This document shows, in pieces, positions 1 through 12,348 of a stretch of DNA of 64,000 bases (the first letter of the stretch is position 1; each line of letters begins with the position of its first letter). The position numbers and the translations under genes were made by a program. The stretch is from the NCBI RefSeq assembly GCF_006345805.1, contig NC_042998.1:82460001-82524000 (forward strand). Reading direction: 5' to 3'. The DNA comes from Octopus sinensis (Eukaryota). Below the pieces are notes generated by a model, which saw only the letters and a list, made by a program, of their open reading frames with translations, was not told the origin of the DNA and searched no databases.

Positions 1-99
1 GTATATATTATCTAATAAATACAGTATATATTTTCATGAGCCATGAAGACAACTCAGACAGAAAATCATATCTTTATTTTAGATCTCACCTTAGAAAAC

Positions 100-191
100 T
101 GACAATTGTTTAAATTGCATTAACACACAAACACACACATACACATATATGTATGTGTGTGTGTGTGTTAATGCAATTTAAACATTTGTCA
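100..191. repeat. Imperfect palindrome (fold-back) around a (CA)/(TG) microsatellite
   Basis: TGACAATTGTTTAAATTGCATTAACACACA... (from 100) is mirrored by ...TGTGTGTTAATGCAATTTAAACATTTGTCA (to 191). Confidence 0.8.
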
Positions 192-719
192 ACATATATA
201 TATATATAATTATATATATATATATATATATATAAATATAAATGTATATATTAATGTGTTGTGCACACACAGTACACACGCACAAAACACACACATACAC
301 ACTCACAAATACACATACACGCACATACACACAGACATACATATATCAGTGTAGTGTAGGACAACGAATGTACCAACTTTGCAACTTATACGACGGTATG
401 TCAGAACAAAGTAGCGTGTCCTGATGATTCTACTTACACTGTTACGCTCACAAGGATCCGACATGGTTTGCTATATTTGTCTCGAATCATCGCTCCCAAG
501 TGTACAAAAAATTGTGTTTGTGTATGTGTGTGTGTGTGTGCGTGTGTGCATGTACATAAATATCCTAAATTCACTCACATAACCTCGGTCACACCATGGT
601 TACTAAGAAGACGTTTGTCTCTACTGCTGTGCAGTCTGCCCGAACCAGATACGCCTGGGATTGCCTGCGTCTAAAGACATATACTAACTCATAACTAGAT
701 ATTCTGATATGTCTATGTC

Positions 720-752
<33 letters not shown>

Positions 753-962
753 TATATATAATTATAACAATAATTAAGGGTTTAGCAACAAGTTGCTTCA
801 TCACATACCGAAAATTTTGAAATAGCAGCCAAAAGACACCTATTTCTTTTTCATACAAAATGTGTTTCCACAGATAACAATATTTGTAACTCACATAGGT
901 AAAAAGAAGAAAAATAATAAAATCAAACAGTCTTCGATTAATTATGGCCGGGTTTCTGGATT

Positions 963-2330
963 AGAATTCACACGTCTATATAAGTTCGGATATGCTGACT
1001 TACCTTGTGTTATGTTCTGATGGCGCGTGGTCAGAAACCCAAGGGTAAGATCAAGGATAGCTGACTTCCTGGAGACCCACAAACTCCTAAATTTAAACCA
1101 GCATGGCTTTCGCTGTGGCAGGGACTGTCTAACGCAGCTCTTACACCACATTGAAGATACACTTAAAGGCTTGGGAACAGGTTCGAACTCTGAATTCAGT
1201 AGAGCGTTCGACTGGGTTGACCATATCTTACTCTCAAAATTGGCAAATGTTGGAAGCCGGGGAAAACTACACTGGATTAAGTATTTCCTGGCGAATAGAA
1301 CATAGGAAGTTGTGGTCGATGGAGTCCACTCAAGCTCAGCAAAAATCACCAGTGGTGTCACTCAGGGGACTGTCTTGGGCCCGCTCCTCTTTATAATTTA
1401 CATAAATGACATTTCCAGCGTCGTAAATCACTGCAAAGTGAAAATATTTGCTGATGGCACTAAGCTCCATCAAATCATCAATGAAGAAGAAGACCGAATT
1501 CAACTCCAGTCTAATCTATATGCTGTGAGTCAATGAGCATACAAAGGCAAAATGCAACTAAACGTGTCAAAATTTGAGCTGATGCATTTTGGAAGAAAGT
1601 CTATACTAAAACAGCTATACTCTCTTCCATCAGGGGAACCGCTCACAGCATCTAATAATATCAGAGACATGGGTGTAATTGTTGATAACAACCTCAGTTG
1701 GAGTGCCCACAGCAACAATAAGGTCGATATAGCTCGTAGGATAAGCTCCTGGACCTTAAGAAACTTCCGGTCTAGATAACAAGGTGTCATCATTCCACTC
1801 TTCTCCTCCTTTGTATGGCCACACGTCGAATACTGCTGCTCCTTGTGGTCTCTCCATACGAAACAAAACATGTCGAGGATTGAATCACCCCAGAGGCACT
1901 CACTAAACAAACTGAAGGCATGACTGATCTTGATTACTGGGACTGCCTTAATGCCTTGAAACTACTCTCTCCAGCGCCGCCATGAGTGATACATCATTTG
2001 TACGATGTAGAGAATATACCGCCAGCATTGCCCAAACGACATGAAAATTAGTTTCAAGGTACAACCTACGTTGGAACCACAGGCCATACGTCCCCTGCCC
2101 ATTTCAGGATTACAACATATAGGTACACTGTGACATAATTTCTTTCCCTCAACATGCCCTGCCCTGTTTAACATTGTCCCTAAACAGTTCAAAGAGGAAA
2201 AGGATCCCATCACCTTTAAACAGAGTCTGGACAGATTTCTTCAAGAAATACCAGATAAGCCACCCATACCTGGATACAACTCACTCAACAAGAACTCACT
2301 ACTTGAATGGATCATAAACAAAACTTGATT
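963..2330 (+). mobile_element. 5'-truncated, decayed CR1/L2-type LINE, reverse transcriptase region
   Basis: Consecutive broken ORFs give NQHGFRCGRDCLTQLL, FSRAFDWVDH, WIKYFLANRT, SGVTQGTVLGPLLFIIYIND, KIFADG (YADD-box remnant), MQLNVSKFELMHFG and DMGVIVDNNLSWSAH. These are typical CR1-clade RT motifs, interrupted by frameshifts and stops. Confidence 0.9.
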
Positions 2331-2449
2331 TTAAAAAAATGATTTAGATAATCCTATCATGGTCTGGACCAATCGCAACATATCTAAGTTATATATATAT
2401 ATATATGTACATACTTATACATATATAACCTCAGAAATATGCACATATA

Positions 2450-2482
<33 letters not shown>

Positions 2483-2514
2483 ACATACATGAATATATAT
2501 ATGAATATATATTG

Positions 2515-2562
<48 letters not shown>

Positions 2563-2862
2563 CATATGTATACATATATCTATATATATGCATATATATT
2601 TGTGTATATAGCTTACGCATGGGTCTATGTGTATGCATGTACCTGTATGTTTGCGCGTGCGTATAAGGAAATGTAAATGGCTATTACCTTATTACCATTT
2701 GTCTCTTCCACTTTCTCTCGTTCACTCATCTCTTCTCCCTCTTTCCCTCTCTATTTCTTTCCTTATTCAATTTACTTTCTTTTTTACTTTTACTTTACTA
2801 GAAGATGGAAACCAACGGCACGATACACTGTTCACAAATAAGGAAGGAAGTGCAAACAAAAG

Positions 2863-2928
<66 letters not shown>

Positions 2929-3228
2929 TATATATGAATGGAGTGTGTAAGCAAAGAAAGCTATAATATATAATAATTCTTTTATTTCCAATAACCACAT
3001 GAAAAGCATGGAAATAACAATAACCCTTTCGTGTGTATACATAAAGTTTGAAATATTTCGGCTACAGGGAATTTTCTTGTTTTTTTATTTTTTGCTATTG
3101 TATTCGTCTTCTTTCGTACATTTTACTAAGCTTCTAGTAACATTATATACTATAATATACTAAATAAAACGACTCACATAACACAGAACCACTAGTTATT
3201 ATTATCATCAATATTATTGTTATTATTA

Positions 3229-3265
<37 letters not shown>

Positions 3266-3414
3266 TATTATTATTGTTGTTGTTGTTGTTGTTGTCGTCG
3301 TCGTCGTCGTTGTTGTCGTATCTAGAAAAATATAAACCTTGCGGAGATTATAGCCAATGTCACTATTCTTAAGAATATTTATTACTTATAATTTCTATGG
3401 TTCTGATATTTCAA

Positions 3415-3600
3415 AATGGTGAGGCAATTGTCTCGCAGTATTAATTTCCGCTCACTACGTTCTGAATTCAAATTCCACTGATGTCAGCTTTGCCTTCTCT
3501 GGGAACGCTGAAACAAAGTAGTACGAGGAAAATCTTAGGCTCAATACAATTGATTAACGTCCTTCCTTGTAAATTATTTACCAAGTGCTTACATACAGAA
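3415..3600 (+). mobile_element. Degenerate tRNA-derived SINE (family B in this report)
   Basis: ACGTTCTGAATTCAAATTCCACTGATGTCAGCTTTGCCTT resembles the B-box and central domain of the better-preserved copies at 44948, 57140 and 63268. Confidence 0.55.
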
Positions 3601-3699
3601 ACTATTTGAGGATGGTGGATCGGCTAAATTGTTAAAGCGTCGGACAAAATACCTTGGGTTAAATTCTTTGTAGTTTTTTTCTTTTATATCTTGATTTTC

Positions 3700-3898
3700 T
3701 TTTTACTTGTTTCAGGTAATTTTTACTTGTTTCAGGCACCCTCCCCCGTACTTATCTGTTAAAGCATCGTACTTCTATCGGTCTCTTTCGCCGTATTTCA
3801 AGATTACGAAGACGTAAACACACCGGCGCCAGCTATTATGCGGTTGTAGTGGACAAACACAGACACAAAGACACATACACACAGGTCTCTCTCTCTCC

Positions 3899-3900
<2 letters not shown>
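3700..3900 (-). mobile_element. Partial SINE (family A, 3' half)
   Basis: TTTTACTTGTTTCAG and TATCGGTCTCTTTCGCCG...GACGTAAACACACC...GGACAAACACAGACACAAA match the copies at 5100 and 6350. Confidence 0.7.
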
Positions 3901-3942
<42 letters not shown>

Positions 3943-4074
3943 TTCTCTCTGATATATATACATACATATATAAATACATATATGAATACATATATATATA
4001 TACACACACGTATATACACACACACACGCACACACTCATATATATATATATATACGTCAATTTATACTATGGAA

Positions 4075-4146
4075 TATCGTTGCTGATGAGAGCACTAAGT
4101 AATATTTTCTTTTACTTTAAGCTTGAAACAGGCTCTTGTACATGAT
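4075..4146 (+). ncRNA. Candidate type I hammerhead ribozyme with extended helix II
   Basis: Core CTGATGA 4083-4089. Helix II GAGC/GCTT plus an inner AAGTAA/TTACTT stem. GAAA 4125-4128. Helix III ACAG-(GCTC)-TTGT. GUA triplet ending at 4140. Helix I is weak (6 bp with a bulge). Confidence 0.45.
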
Positions 4147-4459
4147 TAGCTAAAAGTGTAATGCTCTTTCTTTCGTCCGATTACAGCCCAGTCTTTTATT
4201 CACGGAGTTCTTAAGGTGGTGGTAGCGTCTTTTGGCGTCTGTTTCCAGCGCGTTGACAGGCTTATAGTCAATCCCTTGTTATAATTATGTATATAATTAT
4301 TAAAAATATTTGTAAAATTTACCTATATGGTTTTTATTTGCGCACTAAACCCCTGGTAATATCAATAGTGATTTTTACCCTTCATTATATTATAATATAA
4401 TGTTATATTATATTATATTATATTATATTATATTATATTATATTATATTATATTATATA

Positions 4460-5309
4460 TATAAATTTAAAGTAATAAGGGTGAAAAATTGAATGTTAAT
4501 TTGATTATCAATTTAAAACCAGTGGTCTAGCATATAGTAAAATCTGAAGATTCAAAAAAATTATATTACATATATATATATAAGTGGTATGACCACTAAG
4601 TGGACATCCATCATGCCAGAAGTCGACCCCCTATGGTCCTACCACTAAGAAAGGGATGTTCTCATGAAAATTTAGCAAACTCCAGAACGTAAGCGAGCAA
4701 GACAAATGAAAAGATACAAAATATATATATTAATCACAAACCCGGTTTCATTGTTACCACTTACATAATCACTTTTGTAGATGTCTGCAACTCGTCTGTG
4801 TGATCGTCATAGCAAAATATAATTTGCAAACTATACACGAGACATCCGCATGATATTGAACATGTATATATTTCTACCAATTACATTTGCGGGGGCGCAC
4901 CAAAATACCGGAGATAATTCTGCAGAAGATAATTCTCTGCAGTGAATTTTGCTGGTTAGAGAATATAGCCTTTTAAATTTAAATTTAAAATAATAAGGGG
5001 GGAAAAATTGAATATTAATTTGATTAATATCAATTAAAACCAGTGGTCTAGCATATAGAAAGATCTGAAGATTCAGAAAAATTATATTACATACGTATAC
5101 TCTTTTACTCTTTTACTTGTTTCAGTCATTTGACTGCGGCCATGCTGGAGCACCGCCTTTAGTCGAGCAAATCGACCCCGGGAGTTATTCTTTGTAAGCC
5201 CAGTACTTATTCTATCGGTCTCTTTTTTCCGAACCGCTAAGTTACGGAGACGTAAACACACCAGCATCGGTTGTTAAACAATGCTAGGGGGACAAACACA
5301 GACACACAA

Positions 5310-5364
<55 letters not shown>

Positions 5365-6043
5365 TACGACAGGCTTCTTTCAGTTTCCGTCTACCAAATC
5401 CACTCACAAGTCATTGGTCGGCCCGGGGCTATAGCAGAAGACACTTGCCAAAGATGCCATGCAGTGGGACTGAACCCGGAACCATGTGATTGGTTAGCAA
5501 GCTACTTACCACACAGCCACTCCTGCGTGGGATAACCACTAAATGGATATCCATTATGCTAGAAGTCGACCCCGTATGGTCTTGCCACTAAGAAAGGAAT
5601 TTTCTCAAGAAAATTTATCAAACGCCAGCAATCTTAAATAACTATGTTCTCTAACCGGCAAAATTCACTGCAGAGAATTATTTTCTGCAGAATTATTTCC
5701 GGTATTTTGGCGCGCCAAAACGAAAACTTTTGAAATATAAAACCAAATGCATTTGGCAGAACTATATACATGTTCAATCTCATGTGAACGTCTCGTGTAT
5801 ATTATATTTTCCTATGACGATCACACTGACGAGTTGCAGGCATCTACGTAAGTGATTATGTAGGTGGTAACAATTAAACCGTGTTTGTGATTAATATGCA
5901 TATTTTGTACCTTTTCATTTGTCTTGCTCACCTACGTTCTAGTGTTTGCTAAATTTTCTTGAAAATATTCCTTTCTTAGTGGTAAGACCATAGGGGATCG
6001 ACGTCTAGCATAATGGATGTCCACTTAGTGTTCATACCTCTTA
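4460..6043. repeat. Composite direct and inverted repeat (fold-back/MITE-like) interrupted by a SINE
   Basis: About 115-bp unit at 4460-4572 repeated at 4980-5095. About 400-bp unit at 4580-4970 is the reverse complement of 5645-6043. Its first about 100 bp recur directly at 5533-5630, so 5533-6043 has about 100-bp terminal inverted repeats. Confidence 0.8.
5100..5527 (-). mobile_element. Full-length tRNA-derived SINE (family A, CORE-like)
   Basis: Minus strand starts GCAGGAGTGGCTGTGTGGTAAG (A box) then GGTTCCGGGTTCAGTCCC (B box), a TTTGGCAAGTGTCTTCT core-like segment, an internal (TA)/(TG) tract and an AAAAGAGT-repeat tail. Confidence 0.9.
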
Positions 6044-6282
6044 TATGTATGTAATATATATATGTACTTAAATTATTTTTAAATGTTTCAACTTCAAAAC
6101 TGTGGTCAGGCTGGTACACCACCATTATATGTATATATATAAATATATATACGTATATATATATACATATATTAAGTAGGTACTGTAAATTTAGAGTGAA
6201 TACTTGATAAGGGTAAGCACCTGTATATGACAGATAGTGACAGAGGTGAGAGTATATAACAAATCTGTTTTTAATTTATATT

Positions 6283-6346
<64 letters not shown>

Positions 6347-6347
<1 letters not shown>

Positions 6348-6738
6348 CTTTACTCTTTTACTCTTTTACTTGTTTCAATCATTTGACTGCGGCCATGCGG
6401 GAGTACCGCCTTTAATCGAGCGACCCCCGGACTTATTCTTTGTAAGCCCAGTACTTATTCTATCGGTCTCTTTTGCCGAACCGCTTAGTGACGGGGACAT
6501 AAACACACAACCATCGGTTGTCAAGCAATGCTAGGGGGACAAACAGACACAAACACACACACACATATATATATACATATATACGACGGGCTTCTTTCAG
6601 TTTCCGTCTACCAAATCCACTCACAAGGCTTTGGTCGGCCCGAGGCTATAGTAGAAGACACTTGCCCAAGGTGCCACGCAGTGGGACTGAACGCGGAACC
6701 ATGTGGTTGGTAAGCAAGCTACTTACCACAGAGCCACT
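6347..6738 (-). mobile_element. Full-length SINE (family A)
   Basis: Same head (GTGGCTCTGTGGTAAG, CCGCGTTCAGTCCC), CCTTGGGCAAGTGTCTTCT core and AAAAGAGT tail as the copy at 5100. Confidence 0.9.
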
Positions 6739-6761
6739 ATATATATATATATATATATAAT

Positions 6762-6919
6762 TTTTCTTTTCACCTTACAATTCTTGAAAAGTCGCATTAC
6801 GACGAAAACCGGTTTGAATTAATATATATATATAATTATATATATATATTTTCCACACACCCATTTTCATTAAAATTTACATTCAATTTAGCATTCTGCC
6901 GCTTTATAATTTTTCCTTG

Positions 6920-6923
<4 letters not shown>
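6762..6923 (+). repeat. About 160-bp dispersed repeat carrying a hammerhead fold (copy 1)
   Basis: Colinear with the reverse complement of 20769-20918 from TTCTTTTC to TTCCTTGCCTAT. Confidence 0.85.
6779..6820 (+). ncRNA. Type I hammerhead ribozyme fold, U3-A8 core variant
   Basis: AATTC-TTGAAAA-GTCG(CATTA)CGAC-GAAA-ACCGGTT-T-GAATT. Helix I 5 bp, helix II 4 bp, palindromic helix III AACCGGTT, UUU triplet. Confidence 0.65.
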
Positions 6924-6989
<66 letters not shown>

Positions 6990-7009
6990 TATATATGTAT
7001 GTATTTGTG

Positions 7010-7215
7010 TGTCTGTGTTTGATCCCCACCATCGCTTGACAAACGATGTTAGTCAGATTACGTCGCTGTAACTTAGCGGTTCGGTAAAAGAGACGATAGA
7101 ATAAGTACTAGGCCAATAAAGAATAAGTCCTGGGGTCTATTTGCTCGACTCAAGGCGGTGCTCCAGCATGGTCACAATCACGCAATCAAATTGCTGAAAC
7201 AACTAAAAGAATAAA
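7010..7215 (+). mobile_element. 3' half of a family A SINE
   Basis: CCCCACCATCGCTTGACAA...TAGCGGTTCGG...AAGGCGGTGCTCCAGCATGG...CTGAAACAACTAAAAGAATAAAAGAAT. Confidence 0.8.
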
Positions 7216-7418
7216 AGAATGAATATATATATATATACATATATATAAAATACTGAAGACGTTCGTCATAGGTACAAATGTACCATAGACAATTGTTTTC
7301 TTATTCTTATTGCTTGGTCTAGCAGGATATTTCTGTATTTGAATTTTTATTAGAAATTATTTTCTCTCTTTTTGGACTACTCAAAAACTTTTGAATTGTT
7401 CTACTTGAACTTATTTTT

Positions 7419-7484
<66 letters not shown>

Positions 7485-7502
7485 TAATATTATATATATA
7501 TA

Positions 7503-7780
7503 GTGACGTATATTTGCCATCTCAATATGGCTACCCCTAAGGGTGGATGCTACTGTAGTTTTTAGCCCCAGGAGGACACACTCCTCCAGCTGGCCATAGA
7601 CACACTTTCTGTGTCCTGTCAGTATTTGCAAAGGGAAGTCATCCTTCCCGTCTTCAACTTATGATACACACGGACTCGAGTTTCGAGGTATTGACCTCTC
7701 GTCAGCGTGTGACAATCATAGTTGTCGGCGAGAATTAGATTTCCTTCACAAATACTTATACTTTTTCCAGCGTCCACTGT
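7503..7780 (-). mobile_element. About 280-bp GC-richer element between (TA)n tracts that contains a hammerhead ribozyme (retrozyme-like or Penelope terminal-repeat-like)
   Basis: Non-simple, about 48% GC island bounded by (TA)n on both sides, with a canonical hammerhead at 7667-7711. The element class is an inference. Confidence 0.55.
7667..7711 (-). ncRNA. Canonical type I hammerhead ribozyme
   Basis: Minus strand reads CACACG-CTGACGA-GAGGT(CAAT)ACCTC-GAAA-CTCGAG-TC-CGTGTG. All conserved core nucleotides are present, helix I is a perfect 6 bp, helix II a perfect 5 bp, helix III is the palindrome ACTCGAGT, and the triplet is GUC. Confidence 0.9.
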
Positions 7781-7860
7781 GTATATATATATATATATAC
7801 ACATACATATATATATGTATGTATATATACGTATAAATTTACACACATATATGCACACAC

Positions 7861-7937
<77 letters not shown>

Positions 7938-7944
7938 TTTTCTG

Positions 7945-8050
7945 CGTATAAGATAAAAACCAAGGCTGTATAGATATTAGAGCATTTATAGATAGGTCTT
8001 ACAGCTGTTTCTAGGATATCAATTAATAATATCCCTCCATCGGAGACGAT
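7945..8050 (-). repeat. Single arm of the palindromic repeat at 19141-19349, containing a degenerate hammerhead-like fold (7996-8047)
   Basis: Matches 19143-19250. Minus strand reads GTCT-CCGATGG-AGGGATATTA..TGATATCCTA-GAAA-CAGCTG-TA-AGAC. Confidence 0.7.
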
Positions 8051-8162
8051 GTGAGAAGAAAAATTAAGAAAAATTATTCGCAATATTACATTTGGGTCTT
8101 AATGACACCATTATCTCTTATGACCACAACTTCTCCCTATACATATATATTCAGAGAGATAA

Positions 8163-8193
<31 letters not shown>

Positions 8194-8717
8194 CTAAATA
8201 AGTAACGAAAATGTACAGGTTTCAATACATTAGATCTGTTTCACGCTTCTCCATTAATCGATCAATGAAAACATTACATCAGTTTGAAAGAAACTGCTCT
8301 CTTCAGTTGCAGATGATTTCAAATATAAAGGACAAACAATTTTAAGAAATTTACGTCAATAATAGAAACCAAAATAATTAAAGTGTTACATTCCTTATGT
8401 TATATCTGTTGCAGAATGAGTTTAGGAAATAATGCATATCTTATTAAACCTATTAGAGAGTAGCAAAAGAAAAATAGTGGTGGGAGCCAAGATAAAGGAG
8501 TTGTGGCGTAGTTATTTATATTCAGAAGATATGCAGCATGTAGTCTTTAACCATTTAGAATTAAATCCATTGGGATTTCTCAACTGTATTCTAGTTGATG
8601 GTGACATATCAATTAAAGTGCCTCAGTTTAAGTAAAAATTTGTCATTGGCCAGCATATTAAAAAAAATAAAGGTTAAAGTTATAAACAACTTATAAACAA
8701 GGTCAAAAGAAAAAAAA

Positions 8718-8834
8718 ATTTCAATGCCAAATATGCCGAAATAGACTTAATCGTCATTAACCATATAATCTATAAGTGATAAATTATATGGTTATTGATT
8801 ATTAAGTCTATTTTGGCATATTTGGCATTGAAAT
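8718..8834. repeat. 117-nt hairpin (52-bp arms, about 4 mismatches, 13-nt loop)
   Basis: ATTTCAATGCCAAATATGCCGAAATAGACTTAATCGTCATTAACCATATAAT (8718-8769) pairs with ATTATATGGTTATTGATTATTAAGTCTATTTTGGCATATTTGGCATTGAAAT (8783-8834). Confidence 0.9.
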
Positions 8835-10633
8835 CTCTTTGCTAATCATCCTTTTTTCAGTTTTCAGGCTAGGGTTTGGAAACAACGAGCATTAACCGGC
8901 TATTGAATGTAAATAGACAGACCTTGGGATTAAAATAACCGGAGATTAACTGAGCATACAAATGATCTGCGGTGCCATCAAATTGAAAGAGGACTGGATC
9001 GTGGGTGTTTTTAGTAGATGTGAAGGGAACCTAACCAGCTCCAAGAATCAGAAATAAACCGCTGTAATAATGACAGAAAAGGTAGAAAGATAAGACTGAC
9101 CGTAGGTCAGAGTTGAGAAGTTGTGGTGAAGCACTTTATGTCAATCACGCAAGTGAGTTCACCTTGGATCAACAAATTGAAATACCATTCTAATTATATA
9201 ATACTGTTGAGGTCGAAGCTATACGGATTTCTTTTATCCTTACAGTTATATCATCTCCCAGTCAAATTATATATAACCTAGTTTTATTTGATGAGAGTCC
9301 TTCACCTATTAAACATTGAAATTTCAACTGAAAATTCAAACAGTAGAAAGATTATTTGAGGAATATCAAAATATATAGAGCAAGACATTTATTTACTTCG
9401 AGGCGAACTGCTCACAGTATATGTTAAATTGACATTAGTTGAATATTGGAATTTAATTTCGCTTCTTGACTGAAAAGGATTCTGTCATTTGCATAAATAT
9501 TAGACTTAAGAAAAATCTGATAATCAAATATCTTAATTTCGACTTTTCTGTAATATCCGACATATCAGGTACATGCCACAAATCAATATTGTTGTCTCAC
9601 CCACATTTTCTCTAAGAGATAAGCGGAAAAATAGAAGAAAAGTACTTTTAAAATAACGAGTTCCAATGATTGAATTTTATCTTTCAGAGAATATTATGAA
9701 ATTCCTACTCTCTTGCTGTTATTTCGAATCTTTTTTCATTCTCTAAAACTTAATGCATAGCAACCATGAATAATTCTAATCAATGTCAAAACACATTTAG
9801 TGATGTAAAAGAAAACGGAACCTGTCATTTCTTTTTCTGTTTAATTCTTCCAGCTCTAAAACTGAAATTTCCTGAAACCTGCCACAAATCTTTCTTGCAT
9901 TCATTTCATAACGTGTGATCAGATTTCCAAAATTTGAACTGGCTTTTATTTTATGCAATTGAGAATAATATTGTTATTTAGATTGGACTCATTCTACGTG
10001 ATACAAAAGATTACTGTTTTAACCATAAAAATAATTTGACACGTTGTGTTTTACGAGTTAACAAAGGATTACTCAGGAGTTTTTACAACGGCCTTTTATT
10101 GTATTCCACAAAGTGATTATTTCTATTTTTATTTCTGTATTATTTCATTATCAAATCAATACTACAAGAGAAAATAGATTACATAATAATAGAAACAGAT
10201 GCTGAATTAATAAGCAGATTCTTGATCTGCTAAAAGAAAGAAAATTTATTTTTAAGATTCCCAACTGAGATTTATTTTGTTCTTTTTATTTTGCTAGATA
10301 TTGATTCGGATACACTTATTGTTAAGAATTTTTCCAAGCAAACTTTAGAGGTTTTAAATGATTTTAATTAAAATCCATAACTATTTACTTTGAATCTCGA
10401 TCATATGTGTTTTACTGTATAATTAGATTTCATCTTAACTGGACTTAGGACATTGGCATGTCTGTGTGCATAGGTATACATACATACATACATACATGTG
10501 TGTGTATGTGTGTGTGTATACAAAAAACGTATACTGGCGTATGATTGTTGGTTATAGTTAAGCAAATTCGTTTAAGGCTGAGTGCTTTATTGATATCTAC
10601 CTAGATTTTTTCATCTCTGTTTTCTTCTTACTA

Positions 10634-10656
10634 TCTATAACATATATATAAAATTG

Positions 10657-10687
<31 letters not shown>

Positions 10688-12293
10688 CAGTGTGTCTATG
10701 TGTGTGTAGACATTTATGTTTTTTTATAGAAATCCACATTCAATGTCCGATTGACCTCACATTTTGTACACATACTCCATAAGGTCAGAGCTAGGTCATG
10801 GCAAAAAAATTACCCCCGTGATCTGCACGCATGATAGGGGGCACAGACATAAAGTTACCTTATACGCACATGTGTTGCTGAATTACTTTTCACGCCTTAA
10901 TCGCTATGTTTTGCACGTTAATGTGTTATTTTGGGGGGAGAGAGTAAAATGACTCATGCACCAACACGTTTTGCACCTCTAGCTACCCTTTTGACACGTT
11001 TTTTTTTTTTCCCAGTAGATGAAGCACTTACCCTTTTCTTGCCAGGGTTCAATGTAATGCTACCTTTAAAAAACCAGTTGCCGAGCGTTTAGTCAATATA
11101 TCGTTACACTTTTTACTTTGAAGAAAAACAGCAAAAGAACCCATGTTCCATACTTTTTGCAAGTTCCATGCGTAACATTGAGCAATAGGCTTTCTTAGAC
11201 GAGGGCCATAGCGGTGGTTAGTTGTAAAAAATCAAGTCAAAGTTTTTGAAGCCCTAATACTGTTTGCAATAGCTTGTCCGTTAACCATACGCCTTAGCTG
11301 CTGCATATCATGTTACTTAGCGGGTAGAGACAAGGCGTACATCATCACTATTTTTCACCCCTACTCACCCTATTGACACTTTTGGCTGTTATGAAATTAA
11401 AAAATAGTAGAGATTCCGGGTATCGAACCCAGGTCCTATAATGATGTTTGACATTAAAGTAAACGGGAAAAACCGTTTTTATGCTGCACTATAATGGTGA
11501 CGTCCATTATTAAATGGGGGACGCTATAATTATTAGCCCCAGAAACTATGACGAATCGGCTACTCACTGGAAAAACGTTATAAATATACATAATTTTACC
11601 CCCCCTCCCATCCCCCGCAGAAGAGTTTTGTTCTATTGCATTCTGGTAGCGGTAAGTGCCTGTTTTAGTTTATGCACTTTGAACTTTGTGTTAGGCATTT
11701 GTGGAAATATTTTATGCTCCAGGAATTCACCAAAACTTTTTGCCGGTCAGTTTTAAAATAATTTGTCGCACGTGAACTTTGAATCCTGCATTGTGGCAGG
11801 GTGTGTGAGATAATTGTACACCCAGTTTTGGTGACAGTTTTTCTGTGAGACAAATTTCAATTGGATTCTGGAAGCTGTGATTGCCTGTTTAGATTCTGCA
11901 TTTTGTGCTATGTGTTAAGCACTTGTGAAATTGTCTTATGCTCCAGGAATTTGCCAGAAATTTTGCTTGTCAGTTAAAATATTTTCTATATCATATCGAA
12001 ATCCAACGTTCTACATTCCAAGGTTCGAAACTCAAGGTTGAACGCCGAATTGATACACAGATTTTATGAAGTCACGGTTCGAAATCCACTGTCGAAATCC
12101 GACGTTTGAAAACCAAATGATTACGAAACTGGAAATCAGCATTTTATGAAACCCAAAGTTTTTGGAAGTCTACTTTTGAAAAACTAAGATATGGAGTCTG
12201 AACTTCTGAACTGTATATATATGTTACCCTTGTAACTTTTGACTGCAGGTTTGGTGTAGCTTTGGCTGTTTATATATATATTATATATATATA

Positions 12294-12348
<55 letters not shown>

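Noticed and set aside
5825-5860. CTGACGAG..CTACGTAAG inside the fold-back repeat
   Set aside because: GAAA is absent in both copies and helices II and III do not pair convincingly.
8410-9570. Short protein-like frames (MHILLNLLESSKRK..; LKKNLIIKYLNFDFS..)
   Set aside because: Frequent stops, no motif and no consistent splice chain; compatible with chance in AT-rich DNA.
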